From NCBI GenBank assembly GCA_963977015.1, contig CAXBMO010000015.1, positions 64,001-128,000 of the forward strand: DNA of 64,000 nucleotides, written 5' to 3'. Positions 29,907 to 40,311 of the stretch are shown one piece after another (the stretch's first letter is position 1; each line of letters starts with the position of its first letter). Below the pieces are notes generated by a model. That model was not told where the DNA came from, searched no databases, and saw only the letters and a list, made by a program, of their open reading frames with translations. The stretch comes from an uncultured bacterium. GTDB taxonomy: Bacteria; Verrucomicrobiota; Verrucomicrobiia; Verrucomicrobiales; DEV007. The translations under genes were made by a program, and so were the position numbers.

Positions 29907-31072
29907 GTCAGACCGCGTCGTCCCAGTTCGGCCAAGGTCCAACGATACTCGTTCTCCAGCTGATCCACGACATCGGCGGAACGCATCTCCTCGGGCAGAA
30001 CCTCCCACGTATAAGTCTCCATCTCCAGGTGCTGACACAGGTCCGGCTGCTTCGCCAACACATCGAGCGTGCTGTGCAGATGCTCGCGGGTGTCGCCAAA
30101 CGGAGGGAGTGGCTGAGCATGAAGCGGCACGTGAAAATGAACCCGCCATTCTTCACCAACATCATCCGGCAAGTCCGTCGCCATCATCAAGGCCGCGTCC
30201 AGATCCCGGTAACGCCGCAACTCACCGTTCGCCTCGCGAATCACGACCTGATGCAGATACACGTCTTCCTGAAAATCGGCCAACCGCTTCAACGCAGCTT
30301 CGGTCGGAGTCAAACTCAGGGCGGAACTGAGGTGCAGCTTGCTGATCCGGATTCCGGCATCCTTGAGCCGGCCCAGAGCTTCACCCGCCTCTTCATATTC
30401 CACGCCCAAATGGCAGGTGTCGTAGTTAACGCCGATGTTTTGCAAAATTTGAGCCTTGTCGTCGGCACGTTCGAGCAATTTTTCGAAGAACGCGACCGTC
30501 TCCGTGCTCGTCTCGAACAAGCCGAGCGGTTCCGGCTCCAAACCCAGATGCAGATCCCGTCCCGTTTTCTGGCGCAACTTTTCAATGTATTGCGAACAGG
30601 CAATCAGGTGGTCGCAAATTAGGTCGATCTGGGATTCGCTCTCGATGAATTCCTTGAATGAACCGGGCAACGTGCTGACGCTTCCCGCCTCGCCTTCCGG
30701 TGCCAATTCCGCGATCAAATCGAAAAGCCGGCTGGTGTAGAGGAGCCGCTCGGGCTTGGTCCAATCCGGAGCGTAAACCTGCTCCTTCACCCGCGTCCCA
30801 TGAAACTTGCCATAGGGGAAGCCATTGATCGTGAACACGTAGCTGTTTTCGTCAGCGAGCCAGCTTCGAAATTCCTCAAGGTTCGCGGGTTTGGCCAGAT
30901 CCGCCGCCGCATCCGCGCCCAAACGCAACCCAATCCCATACGGCTGATCCTTGCTCACCCGATCGCGCACGGCCATGGTGTAATCGCGCAACGTTTGAAA
31001 CGTTTCCGACCACGTTTCGCCGCGGTGAATATTCGTGCAATAACCGAGATGGATGTTGTTCGCGAGCTTCAT
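29903..31072 (-). CDS. eboE: Metabolite traffic protein EboE (TIM barrel)
   Basis: HLGYCTNIH.GE, TINGFPYG.FH...VKE.VY.PDW, LEPEP, YLHQV, WRVHFHVP, HLE.ETYTW. Confidence 0.92.
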   Translation of the reverse strand: MKLANNIHLGYCTNIHRGETWSETFQTLRDYTMAVRDRVSKDQPYGIGLRLGADAAADLAKPANLEEFRSWLADENSYVFTINGFPYGKFHGTRVKEQVYAPDWTKPERLLYTSRLFDLIAELAPEGEAGSVSTLPGSFKEFIESESQIDLICDHLIACSQYIEKLRQKTGRDLHLGLEPEPLGLFETSTETVAFFEKLLERADDKAQILQNIGVNYDTCHLGVEYEEAGEALGRLKDAGIRISKLHLSSALSLTPTEAALKRLADFQEDVYLHQVVIREANGELRRYRDLDAALMMATDLPDDVGEEWRVHFHVPLHAQPLPPFGDTREHLHSTLDVLAKQPDLCQHLEMETYTWEVLPEEMRSADVVDQLENEYRWTLAELGRRGLT

Positions 31073-31180
31073 AACAGGGGCTGAGTCGCCACTTTCGCGA
31101 GAAGGGAAGCGAAATCAAGAAAACCGGGCGGCTCGATTTCCAAGTTGCCCCGTGGCCGGAAGCACCCAATCGGTGAAGTG

Positions 31181-33622
31181 ATGAAACCCCTGATCGTTCT
31201 TTTTTTTCTGATTTTGACGCCAAACCTCTTGGCGATTGAGGTTCCCCCGAAGGTGCCCCACGCGGTCAAGGCCTTGCAACCGGGGGTGAAAGTGACCTTG
31301 TTGGCCGAGCACCCGGATTTGGTGACGCCAACCGGAATTGACGTGGATGATGAGGGACAACTCTGGGTCGTCTCAAGCCACACGCATTTTCGGCCCGAAG
31401 GCTACGAGGGTCCGGAAAAGGACGAGATTCTGGTGTTTGACGCGGATGGCTCGAATCGGCGGGTGTTTGCGACTTCAACCGTCGCGACGATGGATCTGGA
31501 GCTCGGAAAAGACGGCTGGGTTTATCTGGCGGAGCGTGACCGCATCTTCCGAATCCGCGATTCCAACGGGGACGGCAAAGCCGATCAGGAAGAGAACCTG
31601 GCGACGCTCGAAACCGAGGCCGATTATCCGCACAATGGCTTGGCCGGACTTGCCTGGCATCCGTCCGGCGACCTGGTTTTCGCGTTGGGAGAGAACTTCT
31701 GGACGCCGTGGACGCTCACCGATGTCGGAGGTTCCAACGTCATGGGAACCGGTGAAGGCGGAATCTTCCGGATGACGGCCGATGGCAAAAACCTTCGCCG
31801 AATCGCCCAGGGATTCTGGAATCCATTCGGGATTTGCGTGCGCGAGGACGGCGAGATTTTCGCGGCGGAAAACGATCCGGGAGCACGACCGCCCTGTCGC
31901 CTGATTCACGTCGTCGAGGGAGGCGACTACGGTTATCAGCGACGTTATGGCAACGCGCCTTTCCATCCCTTTGTCGCCTGGAATGGCGAGTTGCGCGGCA
32001 CGCTTCCGATGATCCACGCCACGGGAGAAGCCCCCTGTGCAATTCTTCCGCTTGGAGGCGGCGTCATGGTTCCATCCTGGAGCGACAACCGCATCGATTT
32101 CTTCCCGCTTCATCCCAAGGGCGCGAGCTACACGTCCGAGCGAATCGAACTGGTTCGCGGCAGCACCCATTTTCGGCCGACCTGTTTCGCGGAAGGGGAG
32201 GATGGAGTGTTCTACTTCACCGACTGGGTCTTCACCGCCTACACGCTTCACCAGCGGGGCCGGCTCTGGAAACTGAAGATCGATTGCAAAGCCGAGTGGC
32301 TCAAACCTGAAACACCAGCGGCTCCAACCAGCGGGAGGCAGTTGGCGAATGCGCTTAGAAACGGAGCGCCCGATCGAAGCCTCGATGATGTTCTCAGTTT
32401 CGCCCGTTCCCAGGATCCGTTTCTGGCGAGGGCTGCCCTGATGGAGTTGGCGCGACGACCTGAGTTGCAGGACCTGAAGTGGTTTTCCCAGTTGGGTGAG
32501 GCCGATCGAATCAACGCGGTTCTCGCCGCGAAGCTCAGTAACGTCGATCGGCAAGCCTGGGTCAAAACCGCGTTGGCGGATCCCAGCGACGAGGTGCGCT
32601 TCGAAACGCTGCGTTGGATTGCTGATGAGGATCTGACCGCGTTTCGTCCCGACATCGACCAGCTCTTTCTGAAGGATTCGCTCGACTATCGCTCGTTCGA
32701 AGCCCTCCTCGCCGCGGCCAACACGCTGGACGGAAATCCGCGGGCCGGTGTGGCCGATTCCAAAATGCTGATGGCGCGGATTCAGGATCAAAACGTGGCG
32801 GCCCAGGTTCGCGCATTTGCCTTGCGTCTTTTTCCGGCCAAAGACAAACAACTCAAGCTCTCCCTCCTCAACGAACTGATCGCGTTGGGTCACGACGAAC
32901 TGACATTTGAAGCCATTCGCAGCTTGAACGCGAAAAATTCGCCGGAAGCCCGCGGCATTCTCGCGAAGCTGGCCCAAGACGAGAAACTCCCGATTCGCAG
33001 TCGCGCGGAAGCGATTCTCGGCCTCGCTGCGGATCCCGGCTCACACCGCGAAGTTCTCGCCGGGTTGGCCCAATCCAAACACCTGGCGATTCGCGATGAA
33101 GCTCGCCGCGCGTCTCCAGCCAACGCGATGAATCTCAGCGGGATTCCGCCCTTCACCGACACCGCCGCCTGGCAAAGCCGGATCGATTCCGCACCGGGAA
33201 ACGCCGATCGCGAAGCGGGGCGCCGTCTGTTCTTCCACCCGCGTCTGACGCGTTGCCACACCTGCCATCGCCATTCCGGCCGCGGAGCCGTCGTCGGCCC
33301 GGATTTGAGCGCGGTGGCGGATCGCAGCGACCCGACTTGGCTGTTGCAGTCGATTCTCGAGCCAAGCCGCGAAGTCGCGCCGCAATACTATTCCTGGCAG
33401 CTCTCGCTGACCGATGGCGCCACGTTCACGGGCATCGCGCTCCGCCAGGGCGGAAACAGCGGCAAAGTGTATTACCGCGACATCACCGGCGCGGAACAAA
33501 GCTTCGTCAAAACCGACATTCACCATCGCCAGGAGCTGCAGACGTCCCTCATGCCCGGCGGGTTGATGTTAGCGCTGACTCCGGCTGAATTGCGCGATCT
33601 GATCGCGTTTCTGTCGGAATAA
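31181..33622 (+). CDS. PVC-type heme-binding CxxCH protein
   Basis: Signal peptide, propeller (GFWNPFG), HEAT repeats, CHTCH...GPDL, SLMP.G. Confidence 0.82.
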   Translation: MKPLIVLFFLILTPNLLAIEVPPKVPHAVKALQPGVKVTLLAEHPDLVTPTGIDVDDEGQLWVVSSHTHFRPEGYEGPEKDEILVFDADGSNRRVFATSTVATMDLELGKDGWVYLAERDRIFRIRDSNGDGKADQEENLATLETEADYPHNGLAGLAWHPSGDLVFALGENFWTPWTLTDVGGSNVMGTGEGGIFRMTADGKNLRRIAQGFWNPFGICVREDGEIFAAENDPGARPPCRLIHVVEGGDYGYQRRYGNAPFHPFVAWNGELRGTLPMIHATGEAPCAILPLGGGVMVPSWSDNRIDFFPLHPKGASYTSERIELVRGSTHFRPTCFAEGEDGVFYFTDWVFTAYTLHQRGRLWKLKIDCKAEWLKPETPAAPTSGRQLANALRNGAPDRSLDDVLSFARSQDPFLARAALMELARRPELQDLKWFSQLGEADRINAVLAAKLSNVDRQAWVKTALADPSDEVRFETLRWIADEDLTAFRPDIDQLFLKDSLDYRSFEALLAAANTLDGNPRAGVADSKMLMARIQDQNVAAQVRAFALRLFPAKDKQLKLSLLNELIALGHDELTFEAIRSLNAKNSPEARGILAKLAQDEKLPIRSRAEAILGLAADPGSHREVLAGLAQSKHLAIRDEARRASPANAMNLSGIPPFTDTAAWQSRIDSAPGNADREAGRRLFFHPRLTRCHTCHRHSGRGAVVGPDLSAVADRSDPTWLLQSILEPSREVAPQYYSWQLSLTDGATFTGIALRQGGNSGKVYYRDITGAEQSFVKTDIHHRQELQTSLMPGGLMLALTPAELRDLIAFLSE

Positions 33623-33659
33623 CGGGTTTCAAGAGAAGCTCCGTCTTTCCGGTTTCTAT

Positions 33660-33695
33660 TTGGTAAACAAAGGTAAACGACTTTCTGTTTACCAA
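33660..33695. terminator. Hairpin between convergent genes, possible bidirectional terminator
   Basis: TTGGTAAACA ... TGTTTACCAA inverted repeat. Confidence 0.4.
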
Positions 33696-33704
33696 TTGCT
33701 TCTT

Positions 33705-36251
33705 CTATTCTTGGAACCGGAACGACTCTGAGGAAAAAATGCCGAGGCAAACCCGGCTCCAGGCATCGCGTTCCGAAAGCTTTTCGTTCGATCGCAGATG
33801 CGCGAGGTAGGCCTGGGTTTTGGCGATCGTTCCAGCTTGGGGGCGTTTTCCCAAGGCGATCCGGAATGCGGCGGCGATCCTTTCCGGCTCGTCCCGTTCC
33901 TTCATCGCGAGCAGGCGGTCGGCAAACTGATCGGCGTAATGTTTGGGCAGCGGATTGTTGAGCCAGAACAAGGCCTGGGCCGGCGTTTCCGACTGGGAAC
34001 GCTCGCTCATCGGAACGCCGGATTCGTCGAAACCGAACAGCGGGAACATCTTGCGAATTTCCAGTCCCAACCCCAACGGCGAACGACCGGAAGTCAGGAT
34101 GTAGAGCGCGCGATCTTTCGAGAGATCGGGATGGAGCGGTTCTCCCGATTCCTGAATTGGCAACACTCCCGCGGCAACCAACATCGAATCGTAAATCGCC
34201 TCCGCCTCCAGACGATAACGCGGAAACCGCCAATGAAGCTGGCTGTCCGGATCGATGAGCGCATTTCGTTCTTCCGTTTCACTGCTGAGTCGGTAGGTCG
34301 CGCTAGTCATGATTTTGCGATGCAGTTCCTTGATCGACCATCCGTTTGCGATGAACTCCGAAGCTAACCACTCAAGTAACTCCGGATGGGAAGGTTCGGC
34401 GCCCAATTCGCCAAACTCCGAGGTGGTCGCGACAATGCCCCGGCCAAAATGCCAATGCCAAACCCGATTCACGAAAACCCGCGCCGGAAGCGGATTCGCC
34501 GGGTTCGTCAGCCATTCGGCGAGTTGTTTGCGACCGCTTGCCGAAGTGGGAACTTGGGGTGTTCCCAGCTTCCCTAACGTGGGAACTCCGCGAGGGACCA
34601 ATTCTTCTTCCGTCTGATAAACCTGGCCCCCAATGTGGATGGGAACGTCCTGCGGTTGATCTTCCGCCACCTTCAATGCGACCGGCCGATTGCGCAGCTG
34701 TTCCCGCAATTCCTGGATTTCGCGGTCGAGTTTTTCCAGCTGACTGGAGGGAGATATCAACCATTCGGTTTCGGCGACACTCGGCGGCCAGGCCTCGGGA
34801 TGACTGCGTCGAAACTCCAGAATTTTCGGATCGAGAGAAAGAGCCTCGCCGCGTTCCGGTTCCAACTCGTTGACACGAATCAACTTCAACCGATCCAGCC
34901 GCGGAAACCATTCGTGCCGTTGTGCGAGCAGCCGGATGAGGTTTCTGCCGCGGTGCAAGGTGTAGCTTCCCGCCGAAACCCAGCCCTGGTGCGCTTCGTC
35001 CCAACCTCCGGTCGCTGCGGTGATGGCCGCCTCACCTTTGAGCTTCCCGTTGATCTCGACGTTCGTCGAAACCGGCTCGTCGGCGGCATAACGAACCTGC
35101 AAGGCGTAGGAACCCGCTTCCGGCACGTCCACATAGTATTTTGCCCACTGGTCCTGACGTTTTCGCGTTCCAATCGTCGGGCCATTCTCGTCCGGATATC
35201 CCCGCAGATTCCGTTGTCCCGCATAATCCTCCGCCTCAAACTTGGCGGTGATCAGTTGGGGAAGGCTGTGCAAAGCCGCCTGATATTCCGACTCCCGCTG
35301 CGAGACTCGGGAAACCAGTTGCTCGCGTTCGCGGCTGAGAATCCGCCAGCGTTCCTCGAGTTTTTGACTGAGAATCCGGGCTTCCGAAGAACCCAAATCA
35401 TCCACCAAAGGCTGGATCAATCGGGGCCGGCCATCGCGCCATTCCTCCGAAAAACGGCTCGTGATCCGGGTGCTGCGAAAAATCCCCGCCAGTGCGTAAT
35501 AATCGCGGGTCGGGATCGGGTCGAATTTATGATCGTGGCAACGGGCACAGGCGAAATCGAGCCCGAGGACCGCCTTCGTCAGCGTCGAAATCTGTTCGTC
35601 GATGATGTCGAGTCGGAGCTTGTTGGGATCCGTGCATTCGTCGAACCACGGCCCGATCGCCAAAAACGCGGGCGCGACCTTTTGATCGAGCTTCGCGGTT
35701 TCGTTCTCGGATTCAGGAAGCAGATCTCCCGCGACCTGCTCCGTCAAAAAGCGGTCATACGGTTTGTCCTGGTTGAAGGCGCGAACCACGTAATCGCGAT
35801 AGGGCGCGGCGAGATCGATTTGATCGACTCCATCCACCTTGATCGTCCCCTGGATGTAGCGCGCCACATCAAGCCAATGCCTTCCCCAACGTTCTCCGTA
35901 GTGCGGAGACACCAACAGACGATCGACCAATCGCTCATAGGCGTCGGGCGAATCATCGGCGAGAAAAGCATCGATTTCCTCAATGGTCGGGGGCAACCCA
36001 ATCAATGCGAGGCTGGCTCGCCGAATCAGCGCTTCGCGATCCGCCGACTCGACGGGTTTCACGTCATTGCGCTCCATGTTCGCGAGGATGAAGCGATCGA
36101 TCTCGTTTTTCACCCAAACGCGGTCTTCGACCTGCGGCAAATCCGGACTCGTCAGCGGTTGATACGACCAATGCGGGCTTTCTTCCGCCACACCGGCCAT
36201 GCGGCACAGGAGGAGGAAGAGCAACATCGCTGGGGAGATCCAAGATCGCAT
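33705..36251 (-). CDS. DUF1549/DUF1553 (PSD1-type) protein with CBM-like insertion
   Basis: HWSYQP, N.ID.FI, YGERWGRHWLDVARY, CARCHDHKFDP, ARV.VNRVW..HFGRGIV, PSHPELL; start taken at ATG 36251. Confidence 0.88.
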   Translation of the reverse strand: MRSWISPAMLLFLLLCRMAGVAEESPHWSYQPLTSPDLPQVEDRVWVKNEIDRFILANMERNDVKPVESADREALIRRASLALIGLPPTIEEIDAFLADDSPDAYERLVDRLLVSPHYGERWGRHWLDVARYIQGTIKVDGVDQIDLAAPYRDYVVRAFNQDKPYDRFLTEQVAGDLLPESENETAKLDQKVAPAFLAIGPWFDECTDPNKLRLDIIDEQISTLTKAVLGLDFACARCHDHKFDPIPTRDYYALAGIFRSTRITSRFSEEWRDGRPRLIQPLVDDLGSSEARILSQKLEERWRILSREREQLVSRVSQRESEYQAALHSLPQLITAKFEAEDYAGQRNLRGYPDENGPTIGTRKRQDQWAKYYVDVPEAGSYALQVRYAADEPVSTNVEINGKLKGEAAITAATGGWDEAHQGWVSAGSYTLHRGRNLIRLLAQRHEWFPRLDRLKLIRVNELEPERGEALSLDPKILEFRRSHPEAWPPSVAETEWLISPSSQLEKLDREIQELREQLRNRPVALKVAEDQPQDVPIHIGGQVYQTEEELVPRGVPTLGKLGTPQVPTSASGRKQLAEWLTNPANPLPARVFVNRVWHWHFGRGIVATTSEFGELGAEPSHPELLEWLASEFIANGWSIKELHRKIMTSATYRLSSETEERNALIDPDSQLHWRFPRYRLEAEAIYDSMLVAAGVLPIQESGEPLHPDLSKDRALYILTSGRSPLGLGLEIRKMFPLFGFDESGVPMSERSQSETPAQALFWLNNPLPKHYADQFADRLLAMKERDEPERIAAAFRIALGKRPQAGTIAKTQAYLAHLRSNEKLSERDAWSRVCLGIFSSESFRFQE

Positions 36252-36282
36252 TCCGGCAACTTGCCTCCTCTCCAGCCACCTC

Positions 36283-37317
36283 TCAAGCAGCTTCGGAAAG
36301 GAGATGCCGGGGGACAAAAAGCTGGACCGTTCCCTGGCGAGGCCGAAGCAGAACGTGTTGGGCGGTAATGCTTTGCGCGACATTGGGTTCACTGAGCAGA
36401 TACAACAGTTCCTCGTCGGCCGGATTTCGATCCGTGCCCGTTTTCGCGAAATAATCGCGAATGTAATCGTAACGACGGCAGGTGGTTTCGTAGATCTCGA
36501 GCGATGCGACCGTGGAGCGCTTGTTTTCGAGCATCCGGTAGTCGTTCGTGGTGATCAGCACTTCATCCGGCTTCGCCCATCGCAAGGCATGTCGCCGCGG
36601 GCTTCGCTCGATCACGACGCGTTCGTCGTTTTCCGTTCCCACCAGGGTCAGCAGTCCGGGAGCGATCATCCTAGTGTCGCGCAGCATCTTCAGGGCATCC
36701 TCAAAGCCTCGCGCCTCCTCCAACACCCGCCGAATCAGGAGCAGAACCGGATAACCGGTTTTGCAGGTCGGCTCGCTGCCCATCACCGCATTCAAAATCA
36801 CGGCAAACCCGTTGGCGGATTGCCCGGTCACCACGCCGGAGAACCCCGGCCAACCCGCGTTGGTGAAACAGGCGCGCTCGTTGTTGCGGTAGTGCACGAG
36901 GCAGCTGGCCTGAGCCAGGGCATGCTCCGGAAACCAATCCATGTTTCGCGCGATAACGGGACCATTCGGAGTCGGGATCGAGATCGTGGAGCATCCCAGC
37001 TGCAGGATCATGAGATCGTAGGACACGTTTGCGATCGCCACTTTTCGCCAATCCTGATCGACCAGTTTCGCAAATGCCCGGATTTCGCCGTGAAAGCGGC
37101 CTCCGGTTCGCATTCTGAGCAGATCGGCGACGAGATCGAGGCCCGTGGGAATCTCCGAAATGATCTCACCAAGCAGCCTCCGCGAACCTGAGATCAGGGG
37201 ATCCGCGAGACTCGAGAATCGCTCCGATACGGGGATGGAGAGATCAACAACGGCGGAAGGCGTTTCCACCCATGGCGGGTTGGGAGATGGCATCAAAGGG
37301 TTGGGCTTAGGGTTCAA
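36283..37317 (-). CDS. C45-family / acid ceramidase-like Ntn hydrolase
   Basis: GCST nucleophile, ARNMDW, G..G..TG, TNDY. Confidence 0.8.
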   Translation of the reverse strand: MNPKPNPLMPSPNPPWVETPSAVVDLSIPVSERFSSLADPLISGSRRLLGEIISEIPTGLDLVADLLRMRTGGRFHGEIRAFAKLVDQDWRKVAIANVSYDLMILQLGCSTISIPTPNGPVIARNMDWFPEHALAQASCLVHYRNNERACFTNAGWPGFSGVVTGQSANGFAVILNAVMGSEPTCKTGYPVLLLIRRVLEEARGFEDALKMLRDTRMIAPGLLTLVGTENDERVVIERSPRRHALRWAKPDEVLITTNDYRMLENKRSTVASLEIYETTCRRYDYIRDYFAKTGTDRNPADEELLYLLSEPNVAQSITAQHVLLRPRQGTVQLFVPRHLLSEAA

Positions 37318-37484
37318 ACGTTAGACGAAAACTGCGACATTTTCTCAACTTTTCCGAGGATCCACCTCCAACAAAAAGCCGATCCGGTGACGATTCCATT
37401 TTCAAATGAGATCTCTTTCCTCTGTAGTCCCGGCCCGAAAACGGACTGGTCTAAGTTGGAATTTCCGCTAGGGTCCTCGCAAGC

Positions 37485-40247
37485 ATGGTCGTTTTTCAGT
37501 CCCCCCAATGGTTTTTCCTCATCCCGGCCCTGGCCGCGGTGGGTTGGTATTGGAAAGAACTGAAGTTCTGGTCGCCATTTCGCTTTCTGGCCCTGCTTTT
37601 CGTGGTCTTGACCCTCGCTGATCCCCAGATTCGCCAATTGAAACGCGGCATGGATCTCTGGGTTCTCGTCGATCGCTCGGAATCGGCTCTCGCCATCGTC
37701 GACCAGAATTTCGAGGAATGGAAGCGCCTCCTCACCCGCTCAAAACCGACACGCTATGATACGCTGCGTTTCGTCAATTTTGCCGGGGAAGTCGTGGAGC
37801 AAACCGGACCGGAAACGATGAAATACGCGGGAACCCCGGACTACACCCGGACGCGGCTCGCGCTGGAAAGCACCATCGCGATGCTCGAACCGGACCGCCA
37901 TGCCCGCGTCCTCATGTTCACCGATGGTTACGGAACCGAGCCCCTCGGCGACGCCGGCAACAAGTTGGCGGATTTGGGCGTCCCGCTCGACTACCGAATG
38001 CTTCGGGCGGAGGACGAAACCGATTACCAGGTCGTGAGCGTGAAGGTGCCGACCCGCAAACGCTTGGGGGAACCGTTTTTGGTCGAGATCGTGGTGCGCG
38101 GGACCGATGACGGACCCGTTGATGTCGAGATTTCGCGCGATGGCGGCGCGCCGGTCACGGAAACGGTCGAAATTGCCAAGGGACAGGGCTCACTCCAGTT
38201 CGCCACCCGGATCGGAAGTCCGGGAGCACACAAATACCGCGTCGAGCTTCCCATCAACGACGCCTACAAGGGCAACAACGACTTTGAAAGCTGGATCGAG
38301 ATCACAGCCGGTCCGCGGGTCGTGCTCGCCAGCAAATACATTGATGATCCCATCGCTCCGATCCTCCAGACCCAAGGTTTCGACGTCCAGATTGTTTCCG
38401 ACCCGACCAAACTCCAGGTCGGGATGTTGACCGGGGCCAAGGTTCTGATTCTGAACAACGTTCCCGCCTACGAGATTCCCCAGGATTTCCTCGCGGCGGT
38501 CGATTTCTTCGTCCGCAGCCAGGGTGGGGGACTGCTCATGGTCGGTGGTCAACAGAGTTTTGCCTCGGGCGGTTACTTCGAATCGTCGATCGACGAATTG
38601 CTGCCCGTCTCGATGGAGCTCAAGGCGGAGCATCGCAAGCTGGCCGTAGCCATGGGCATCGTGATGGATCGCTCCGGTTCCATGAGCATGACCGTTCCCA
38701 GCGGCCAGACCAAGATGGATCTCGCCAACGAAGGTTCGGCTCGCGCGGTCGAGCTCCTCGGCCACTTTGATCAAATCACCGTGTTCGCGATCGACAGCAG
38801 CGCGCATCAGGAAGTTCCGCTGATGCCGGTCGGCCCGAAGCGCAAAGAGATCATTCAACGCATTCGCCGGATTGGAAGCATGGGCGGCGGAATCTTCGTC
38901 TACACCGGGATGAAAGCGTGTTGGGATTCGTTGAAGAAGTCGGAGGTCGGCCAACGCCACATCATCCTGTTTTCCGATGCGGCGGACTCCGAGGAACCCG
39001 GAAACTACAAGGCGTTGCTCAAGGAAATGGTCGAAGACGGAGCGACGACCGTCAGTGTGATCGGCTTGGGAACGCCTGCGGACAGCGACGCCGCCTTTCT
39101 CGAAGACATCGCCTCGCGCGGCAACGGCCGCATGTTTTTCACGGAAGACGCGACCACGATTCCGAACATCTTCGCCCAGGAAACGGTCACCGTGGCGCGA
39201 TCGCTCTTTGTCGAAGATTCGGTCGCGACGGAAACGACCGGCCAATGGCTGGAAATCTCCCGCAACAATTTCGATTGGCTCACCAGTGTTGACGGTTACA
39301 ACCTGAGTTATGCGCGTCCCGAGGCCTCGGTCGCTCTGGTCAGTCAGGACGAATACACCGCGCCGATGGTTTCCTTCGTGCAACGCGGGATTGGTCGTTC
39401 CGCCGCGGTTTCGTTTCCGATGGGCGGAAAGTTCTCCGATTCGGTCCGCGCCTGGCCCAAGATTGGCGATTTCGTCCAAACCATGACCCGCTGGCTCATG
39501 GGAGAAACCCTGCCCCCGGGAATCGGCATCCGGACGAGCCTGGATGGAACCGAGTTCACCCTCGACCTGCTTCATGATGATCAATGGACGAAACGGCTCG
39601 CCGAACCACCCCGCATCTTTTTGGCGCAGGAGAAAGCGACGCTGATTGATGGGAAATTCACCAACATCCGCGAGATCACCTGGCGGCGACTCGCTCCCGG
39701 CCATTTTCGAGCCACGACCCAGCTCGAGCACGGTCGCATGGTTCGCGGCGCCATCCAGATTGGCGGGCTTGCGCTTCCCTTCGGGCCGATTGTGGTCGGT
39801 GGCAGTCCGGAATGGGCGTTTGATCCGGTTCGGGTGGAAGAGCTGAAACAGGCGGCAGCGGTCAGCGGAGGTCAGGAGCTCGTCGACCTCTCCAAGGCCT
39901 GGACGCAACCCGAAGTGAAGGAGTTTGCCTCGATCCAGCCCTGGCTGCTCACGATTTTGCTTTGCGCGGTGATTCTCGATGCGTTGTTCACGCGGATGGG
40001 TTGGCAGATGCCGGTGTTCGCCGGGTTGCCCAAAGTTCTGGCGAATCTCAAACCCAGGGCGCGTGCGAAATCGGCTCCCAAGGCGAAATCCATTTCGAAA
40101 GCGACTCCACCGGCGGTCCCAGGCAGTTCGGAAACGGAAATTCCGGAGCCACCCAGGGTTCCCGACGCTCCCGAGAAACCGGAAATCACGCCCGACACCA
40201 GCGAGCAGCGTCGTTCCCGGTTCGATCGGGCCAAGCGCCGACGTTAG
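37485..40247 (+). CDS. Membrane-anchored VWA-domain protein with glutamine-amidotransferase-like domain
   Basis: DRSES and DRSGSM MIDAS motifs, GGGLLMVGG..SF..GGY, terminal TM segments. Confidence 0.85.
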   Translation: MVVFQSPQWFFLIPALAAVGWYWKELKFWSPFRFLALLFVVLTLADPQIRQLKRGMDLWVLVDRSESALAIVDQNFEEWKRLLTRSKPTRYDTLRFVNFAGEVVEQTGPETMKYAGTPDYTRTRLALESTIAMLEPDRHARVLMFTDGYGTEPLGDAGNKLADLGVPLDYRMLRAEDETDYQVVSVKVPTRKRLGEPFLVEIVVRGTDDGPVDVEISRDGGAPVTETVEIAKGQGSLQFATRIGSPGAHKYRVELPINDAYKGNNDFESWIEITAGPRVVLASKYIDDPIAPILQTQGFDVQIVSDPTKLQVGMLTGAKVLILNNVPAYEIPQDFLAAVDFFVRSQGGGLLMVGGQQSFASGGYFESSIDELLPVSMELKAEHRKLAVAMGIVMDRSGSMSMTVPSGQTKMDLANEGSARAVELLGHFDQITVFAIDSSAHQEVPLMPVGPKRKEIIQRIRRIGSMGGGIFVYTGMKACWDSLKKSEVGQRHIILFSDAADSEEPGNYKALLKEMVEDGATTVSVIGLGTPADSDAAFLEDIASRGNGRMFFTEDATTIPNIFAQETVTVARSLFVEDSVATETTGQWLEISRNNFDWLTSVDGYNLSYARPEASVALVSQDEYTAPMVSFVQRGIGRSAAVSFPMGGKFSDSVRAWPKIGDFVQTMTRWLMGETLPPGIGIRTSLDGTEFTLDLLHDDQWTKRLAEPPRIFLAQEKATLIDGKFTNIREITWRRLAPGHFRATTQLEHGRMVRGAIQIGGLALPFGPIVVGGSPEWAFDPVRVEELKQAAAVSGGQELVDLSKAWTQPEVKEFASIQPWLLTILLCAVILDALFTRMGWQMPVFAGLPKVLANLKPRARAKSAPKAKSISKATPPAVPGSSETEIPEPPRVPDAPEKPEITPDTSEQRRSRFDRAKRRR

Positions 40248-40311
40248 CGGCCTGCCGCTGTGTCGGTTCTGTCACTTGCGGCCAATCTGGGCCTGACTTA
40301 GCAGGGCCGGA

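Noticed and set aside
31475-32977. 500-aa minus-strand ORF
   Set aside because: Antisense shadow of the PVC heme-binding gene, expected in GC-rich DNA
34635-36368. 577-aa plus-strand ORF
   Set aside because: Antisense shadow of the DUF1549/DUF1553 gene
38190-39908. 572-aa minus-strand ORF
   Set aside because: Antisense shadow of the VWA gene
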